DNA of 64,000 nucleotides from a bacterium. Lineage in GTDB: Bacteria; SAR324; NAC60-12. Under the pieces are notes generated by a model, which saw nothing but the letters and a program-made list of their open reading frames with translations, was not told the DNA's origin and ran no database searches. This document shows, in pieces, positions 58,528 to 64,000 of the stretch; position 1 is the stretch's first letter, and every line of letters begins with the position of its first letter. The position numbers were made by a program, and so were the translations under genes. The stretch spans positions 1,344,001-1,408,000 of the forward strand of contig OZ242383.1 in assembly GCA_965209155.1 (NCBI GenBank), given 5' to 3'.

Positions 58528-59633
58528 TCGGTGTGCCTAAAGAAATCAAAAGCCAAGAGTATCGTATTGGTATCACTCCGGCAGGAGTGCGCGAAGCTGT
58601 CCACAATGGACACCAAATCATGGTTGAAACAGAAGGGGGAGTAGGGATTGGCGTCAGCAATGAAGATTATTCTGCTGCCGGAGCCACCATACTTGATTCG
58701 GCAGAGGAAATCTTTGCCAAAGCCGAAATGATTGTCAAAGTGAAAGAGCCTCAACCAGAGGAATGCAGAATGCTTCGGGAAGGCCAGGTACTCTACACTT
58801 ACCTCCATTTGGCTCCCGATCCTGTACAAACGAGATTGCTTCTTGAATCAGGCGTCACCGCCATTGCTTACGAAACTGTGACGGATGCTCGACGAGGCCT
58901 CCCTTTGCTCACTCCGATGAGTGAGGTTGCCGGACGGATGTCGGTCCAAGCAGGAGCCCATGGTCTGGAAAAAATCCACGGGGGCCTTGGAGTGCTCTTG
59001 GGAGGTGTCCCCGGCGTTCCTCCTGCAAAAGTCGTGATCATTGGAGGAGGTGTGGTTGGCATCAATGCAGCAAGAATTGCGATTGGCATGGGGGCCGATG
59101 TGACGATTATTGATCGTTCTCTCATGCGACTGAGAGAATTGGACATGATTTTTGGAGATCAAATGACCACCCTCTTTTCCACTACGGATTCGATTGACGG
59201 TGTCATTCGAGATGCCGATTTGGTGATAGGAGCCGTTCTCATTCCAGGAGCCGCTGCCCCCAAACTGGTCACCAAAGCGATGCTCAAAGACATGAAAGAT
59301 GGATCGGTCATTGTGGATGTGGCCATTGATCAAGGTGGGTGTTTTGAAACCAGTCGCCCCACTACTCACAAAGATCCCACGTATGAAATCGATGGGGTAG
59401 TTCATTACTGTGTGGCCAATATGCCAGGCGGTGTTCCTCGTACCTCCACCTTTGCTTTGACCAATGCCACCTTGCCTTCCATGTTGGAATTGGCCAATAA
59501 AGGTCATCGTGAGGCATTGCTCGCGGATGAACATTTGCTCAATGGATTGAATATCCATAAAGGGATGGTCACCTATGAAGCTGTTGCAAGAGACCTGAAT
59601 TACACTTACTACCCTGCTCGCGAAGTTTTATAG
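58521..59633 (+). CDS. ald: alanine dehydrogenase
   Basis: IGVPKEIK, KVKEP, YLHLA, PMSEVAG, GGGVVG, VAIDQGGCFETS, HYCVANMPG. Confidence 0.97.
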   Translation: MLIGVPKEIKSQEYRIGITPAGVREAVHNGHQIMVETEGGVGIGVSNEDYSAAGATILDSAEEIFAKAEMIVKVKEPQPEECRMLREGQVLYTYLHLAPDPVQTRLLLESGVTAIAYETVTDARRGLPLLTPMSEVAGRMSVQAGAHGLEKIHGGLGVLLGGVPGVPPAKVVIIGGGVVGINAARIAIGMGADVTIIDRSLMRLRELDMIFGDQMTTLFSTTDSIDGVIRDADLVIGAVLIPGAAAPKLVTKAMLKDMKDGSVIVDVAIDQGGCFETSRPTTHKDPTYEIDGVVHYCVANMPGGVPRTSTFALTNATLPSMLELANKGHREALLADEHLLNGLNIHKGMVTYEAVARDLNYTYYPAREVL

Positions 59634-59833
59634 CTCAAACTTCTTTCCAACGGTGGCAAGCCACTTCATGCTCTCCAAACGATTACTTTTTATTATGGAA
59701 TCTATAGCAGCTCTTATCCAGGGACGCCTGCCGGAGGCAAGGAAAGAAAAAAGAGGGGGCAGTACGGTCCGCCGCTGCGGTGCAACATAAAACAGGATAA
59801 GATAAGCCATTTGCTCTGCAACATCAGAGGATT

Positions 59834-60955
59834 TTAAGCCAGGGATTCAGGCGCCAAATCACCGATTGAGGCAGCCAACTGCGCATCTTCCTTAATGGAT
59901 TGGCGATCTGCCGGAGGTGGCACAGGCGTATCATATTCATAACTCGGATCTGCCTGTTGTTTACGCCAGGTCTCCCGCATTTCACGCCAGGCGCCAAACA
60001 CATTTTGGGGTTGCGGCATATCGTGAGCAATCGCCTCATGTAGTTTCTTAAGATTGTAGCAGGGGACCCCGGCATACATGTGGTGTTCCGTATGCCAGTT
60101 CATGTGCCAATAGAGGAACTCGGAAATCGGGTCGAGGGTGATGGTCCGCACGCATTTGCGAAAATCGGGAACGTTACTGCGTAGGCCGCAGTGCATGGGC
60201 AGGCCGACAAAGTATTTGAGCCAGCCACCGATAAAGGTATGGAAGGTGAGCAACACCGGCAACAGCCAGAGTTGGAAATAAATCGACACCACTAAGACCC
60301 CCAAATGGAAGAGCAAAATCAGTCGTGCCAGGTTCATCGCCTTCCGATGGTCCAGTCCGTGCCCTTCAAACACTGCCCCAATCCATTCATTCGGGTATTG
60401 CCCCATCGCATCTTTGAGCCTTTGCTTGATCGTTGGCACAAGACCTGAGGACTCATAACCGCCAAAGATATTGAAGGTAAACAATTGCAGGAGGTAAGTC
60501 CACTTCAGGGAAGCCGGGCGGGGCAGGATGACTTCCCGATCTCCTCTCGGATGGAGGGTGTAGAGGTGGTGGTAAGTATGACTAAAACTGTAATTGTGGA
60601 AATTGAACCACCCCAATATGCTATAAATATAGAGAAACCCCTGATTGAGCCAGGCGGTCCGGAAGACGGTGCCATGGCACAGTTCATGGGTGGCTAACCC
60701 CGTAAAAAATGCGCCGACGGTCCCATGGGCAATCACGGCCAGGATGCAGGCTATCCACCAGCCTTGCGCAAAAAAGTAGTAGCTGAGCAGTCCTGTGCCA
60801 GCAAAGATTGCCAAATGCCCTCCTGCCTGAATCCATCCCTGACGGTCACTTTTTTGTGACAACTCACGCAAGACCTCTTTGTCAATAGGGCACCGGTACC
60901 AGTTAACTTTTAAATCTTTTCGGACGTCCATCAAGGGTTCATACTCAGTTGGCAT
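59834..60955 (-). CDS. fatty acid desaturase family membrane di-iron enzyme
   Basis: His boxes HELCH, HTYHH, HTEHH. Confidence 0.88.
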   Translation of the reverse strand: MPTEYEPLMDVRKDLKVNWYRCPIDKEVLRELSQKSDRQGWIQAGGHLAIFAGTGLLSYYFFAQGWWIACILAVIAHGTVGAFFTGLATHELCHGTVFRTAWLNQGFLYIYSILGWFNFHNYSFSHTYHHLYTLHPRGDREVILPRPASLKWTYLLQLFTFNIFGGYESSGLVPTIKQRLKDAMGQYPNEWIGAVFEGHGLDHRKAMNLARLILLFHLGVLVVSIYFQLWLLPVLLTFHTFIGGWLKYFVGLPMHCGLRSNVPDFRKCVRTITLDPISEFLYWHMNWHTEHHMYAGVPCYNLKKLHEAIAHDMPQPQNVFGAWREMRETWRKQQADPSYEYDTPVPPPADRQSIKEDAQLAASIGDLAPESLA

Positions 60956-61130
60956 ATAGTTCTCCGATTAATTGTTGGTCAATTCACTATTTTTTAAATA
61001 AATAAAGCAGTTACTTAGCTTTCGCGAATTTTTATGAAGATTTTTGAAAATTGCCAGCCAGCTAATAAAATCAGTAATCTAATCCTTCATGGAATTTAGA
61101 AGCGCTTACCCAGCAGATTCTGGCCACCAT

Positions 61131-61508
61131 TCATGATCCTTGAAGCGCTGATACCAACCGCTCTAAGGGACGATTGAAAAGCCTACTTAAAGCCAAGGCC
61201 ATTTTCTTTGAGATCGGTAACTTCCCTCGCTCAATCTTTGAGATTACTTGACGATCCGTCGCCCCCACTCGCTCAGCCAATTCTTGCTGAGTGAATCCCA
61301 TATTTTTTCGATACGTTCTCACCGATTTGCCAGGGTGCCAGTTTTTTCGCATCTCTTGATACCAGTCGGTATCACGGATATTGACCAACTCTTCCTCATC
61401 ATCTTCAATGACTTCGACTTCCTAAAAATTCGATTGAAAAAAGGCAAGAACGGTCTCGGGGATCTCCCCTTCCACTCTAATAGGGGGCTTTTTTACGACT
61501 ACCTGCAT
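61131..61508 (-). pseudogene. XRE-family HTH antitoxin with in-frame amber stop
   Basis: RBS gaggtg + ATG 61508 (MQVVVKKPPIRVEGEIP...), TAG at 61422-61424, then ...FTQQELAERVG...ISKIERGKLPISKKMA. Confidence 0.75.
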
Positions 61509-61588
61509 TATACACCTCAATCATGATGGTTTCTTTTTCATGTCTCCAGCAAGCCACCCAGGAGTGTGCGAGGGTGGCAGTGATATTC
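61477..61588 (-). pseudogene. C-terminal half of a RelE-like toxin
   Basis: EYHCH/LAHSWVACWRHEKETIMIEVYNAGSRKKAPY* (1-bp frameshift after HCH); overlaps the HTH start. Confidence 0.68.
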
Positions 61589-61716
61589 CTTATAAAATAT
61601 TGGTAATTTTTTTACTACATGTCAAGGTTTAATATTAAGCGACTACAATTTTTTCAGCTTGATCTATAACCATTTTTTGTTTACACTTAATTAGTTTGAA
61701 TCTTGAATAGGGCGTT

Positions 61717-61870
61717 ATGTTTGTCATCCGATTGAAGAAGAAAATTGAAAAAAATGCCAAGAAAATGCCCAATAACGTCCAAGAAAAGTTAACACAACTC
61801 ATTAAAGAATTGTGAGAAAAAGGACCCTTCCGAGCAGAGTGGCCGAATTATAGCAAGTCAGGAGGCAACC
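61717..61870 (+). pseudogene. N-terminal half of a RelE-like toxin, on the opposite strand to its C-terminal half
   Basis: MFVIRLKKKIEKNAKKMPNNVQEKLTQLIKEL*EKGPFRAEWPNYSK; TGA at 61813; TTGATC-17-TACACT promoter upstream. Confidence 0.68.
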
Positions 61871-61899
61871 GTTGCTGTTTCCCAATTACGAAGCCTCGC

Positions 61900-62841
61900 T
61901 CACGGCTTCAGCTCCCCGATGATCGGTGTGTCACGCGAGATGCGCTTCGCATCACGGTCGCCCAGATGGCCCACGCCGAACCAGACTTTAAAGCCCAGGA
62001 GATCGAGAAGCTCTTGGGAGGCTTCCTCATACACCTCAGGAAGCAACGCCAACGGATAGTTCTCGAAGGGCCTGAACATGGGCGGTTGGTAAGCGAAGGT
62101 GAGGCCCTTCCGCTCGCCAGTCGGATCCTGAGAGAGGTAGGCTCCGGATCCATGAATGAGCCGGCCGTCGAAGATGAAGCAGTTGCCGGCCGGGCCTATC
62201 ACCTGCATCTGGTTCTTCAGGTCGTCCTTGTTCGGTCGGCGTCCGAGCTTATGGCTGCCGGGCACGATCCAGGTTGCACCGTTTTCGCTGGTGAAGTCGT
62301 CCAGCATCCAAAAGACGTTGCACACGATGCACGGCATCATGGTCGCTCCCGGTGTCTCGGGCTGGCCAGGATTCGCGCGTGTGATCGATCCGGCCCGCAT
62401 CAGCTCGTCATAGCGGCCGGACGATGGGACGAACCATTGGTCCTGGTGCAGCGTTTGCGCCTGGCCACCACTGCGAATGATGGTGGCCAAGAGATTTTGG
62501 ATACGGATTTCCTCGCCGAGCACATGGTGCACAATGTCCAGAATGTCCGGCAGCGCAGCCAACTCGCGAAAGATACGGCCCTTGTTTGCGAGAAAGTTCA
62601 CTTTCTGGCTGTTGCCATGCTTGGGTTCCGGAAATGTTCCCAGGTCACCAGGGATCCGGCCGTCAGTGAAGGAGGCGACGCCGGCCTTTCGCTCGGCCTC
62701 GGCCTGCTCGCTGAGGCGCTCGCGTGCTTCGGCAAGCTGTTCCGGGGTCAGCGCTTCCTTGACGAGACAATATCCATGCTCGTCGATATCTCGTTTCATT
62801 GTCTCGGCGTCGCGGGTCCACGTGGGTAGGTTCATTATCAT
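61900..62841 (-). CDS. phytanoyl-CoA dioxygenase (PhyH) family oxygenase
   Basis: HGYCLV, LHQDQ, WMLDDFTSENGATWIVPGSH, DGRLIHG; start after aaggag. Confidence 0.9.
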   Translation of the reverse strand: MIMNLPTWTRDAETMKRDIDEHGYCLVKEALTPEQLAEARERLSEQAEAERKAGVASFTDGRIPGDLGTFPEPKHGNSQKVNFLANKGRIFRELAALPDILDIVHHVLGEEIRIQNLLATIIRSGGQAQTLHQDQWFVPSSGRYDELMRAGSITRANPGQPETPGATMMPCIVCNVFWMLDDFTSENGATWIVPGSHKLGRRPNKDDLKNQMQVIGPAGNCFIFDGRLIHGSGAYLSQDPTGERKGLTFAYQPPMFRPFENYPLALLPEVYEEASQELLDLLGFKVWFGVGHLGDRDAKRISRDTPIIGELKP

Positions 62842-62854
62842 AAAGCTCTCCTTT

Positions 62855-63622
62855 TCAAAACATAAACCTCCCCCCATTCACACTGAGAGTCTGTCCGGTA
62901 ATATAGCTGGCTTCGTCCGAGGCAAAGAAAGCCACAGCCGCAGCCATTTCTTCAGGTGTTCCCGGCCTACCGTACAATTTAGGAGAAGAGGGAGGGCTCT
63001 TTTTAAAAGCATTTGACTCACGCCATCGCTTCCCATTAAAGTCACTTCCAGGAGTCATGGCGAAAGGGGAAACACTGTTCACCGTGATATTATGTTCCAT
63101 GAGTTCTCGTGCCCAGGCCTTGGTCAAGGCGATGACCCCAGCCTTGGAGGCTCCATAAGGCGCTTCAGCGAATTCTCCGGCCCTACCTGCATCAGAACTC
63201 ATATTGACAATCCTGCCATACTTTCTGGGGACCATCCCCTCCAGGACGGCTTTGGTCACCGTCATGGGTCCCTTGAGATTCACCGCTATTTTCCAGTCCC
63301 AGCTCTCCTCGGTACTCTCAATAAAAAGCCCCAGCTCCTCCAGGCCAACATTGTTTATCAGGACATCCACTCTTCCAAAGGTCTCTTCCACTTCCCGGAC
63401 GGCACGCTTCACCTCCTGGCTATCGGTAATATCCATCCTCACAGCGATCGATTTTTTTCCTCCTTGGGAGAGGATCTCCTCAGCCACCGCCTGTGCTTTC
63501 TCAAGCTGGATATCCAGAATGGCCGTCATGGCGCCCTCGTTGGCGAGTCTCCAGGTGATTGCTTCCCCAATCCCTTGAGCCCCCCCCGTGATAATAGCCA
63601 CTTTGTCCTCAAAACGTTTCAT
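62855..63622 (-). CDS. short-chain dehydrogenase/reductase (FabG/BadH-like)
   Basis: TGGAQGIG, NNVG, SSDAGR, YGASK, ITGQTLSVNGG. Confidence 0.93.
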   Translation of the reverse strand: MKRFEDKVAIITGGAQGIGEAITWRLANEGAMTAILDIQLEKAQAVAEEILSQGGKKSIAVRMDITDSQEVKRAVREVEETFGRVDVLINNVGLEELGLFIESTEESWDWKIAVNLKGPMTVTKAVLEGMVPRKYGRIVNMSSDAGRAGEFAEAPYGASKAGVIALTKAWARELMEHNITVNSVSPFAMTPGSDFNGKRWRESNAFKKSPPSSPKLYGRPGTPEEMAAAVAFFASDEASYITGQTLSVNGGRFMF

Positions 63623-63652
63623 AGTGTCCCTTTATTTATTCACTCACCCCCT

Positions 63653-63798
63653 GTAACTATTCAGGGCTCTGAAAAACCCGTTCAGTTAAATATCATTAAA
63701 AAGATTCCCGGAGAGGACCGATCGTTTTCAAGTCTTCCCACGAAATTGTTCCATCAATCGGGAACCCTCTCTTTCACTAAAACAACTTAGTGAAGGCA
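63653..63798 (-). repeat. conserved non-coding element upstream of the SDR-PhyH pair, homologous to 192-335
   Basis: Reverse complement aligns with 192-335 and ends ...cagagccctgaatagttac. Confidence 0.85.
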
Positions 63799-63808
63799 TG
63801 ATTTTGGC

Positions 63809-63837
63809 AGTATACTTAGTATTTAGTATAATGTTAA
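63809..63837 (-). promoter_or_regulatory. sigma70-like promoter
   Basis: TTAACA-17-TATACT on the minus strand, just before the conserved element. Confidence 0.55.
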
Positions 63838-64000
63838 CCCCCAAATAAAAAAAAGCAGGATTCGTAAAAAAAATTAAAAATCTATCAATCAGGGAGATCC
63901 GCTTCTTTATGATCATGAGCCAAAAAGCGAAGGTTCACTCCACAATCCAGTGTTTTTTCCAATGGCAATAATGATCGTAAACGCTTTGCCGGGGAGGTAA

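Noticed and set aside
61966..62829. 287-aa plus-strand ORF
   Set aside because: Antisense shadow of the GC-rich PhyH gene; no motifs

Overview
Bacterial chromosome segment. The core genes look deltaproteobacterial, possibly SAR324-like (inference only). It has three zones. (1) 1-29.5 kb is an accessory region lying 3' of a minus-strand tRNA-Ser(GGA). It holds three paralogous, mosaic Dpp/Opp-type ABC cassettes (solute-binding protein plus two permeases, no ATPase). The cassettes are separated by toxin-antitoxin modules (vapBC; MNT-HEPN flanked by attC-like sites), an LLM-class oxidoreductase, gene fragments and REP/MITE elements. A minus-strand sugar/acid-sugar uptake and catabolism cluster follows. 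(2) 29.9-55.4 kb is housekeeping: asd, mtnP, priA, glmS, archaeal-type glmU-like gene, cmk, a TPR protein carrying a perfect parS, recA, cca, smpB, dprA, ccmA-like, U32 protein, der, gyrB. A small islet inside it carries a type II restriction-modification pair and a broken MORN lipoprotein. (3) 55.5-64 kb is a second accessory zone: IS5 remnant, AAA/DUF4143 ATPase, PemK-type module, ald, desaturase, a split and inverted RelE-like/HTH module, PhyH dioxygenase and SDR. The most notable unexplained signals are two different conserved non-coding leaders (7012-7186 with 14594-14764; 192-335 with 63653-63798), stacked in-frame RBS+ATG duplications on all three binding-protein genes, and integron-cassette-like architecture around the MNT-HEPN pair without an integrase. 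All product calls come from motifs read by eye; no database searches were run.
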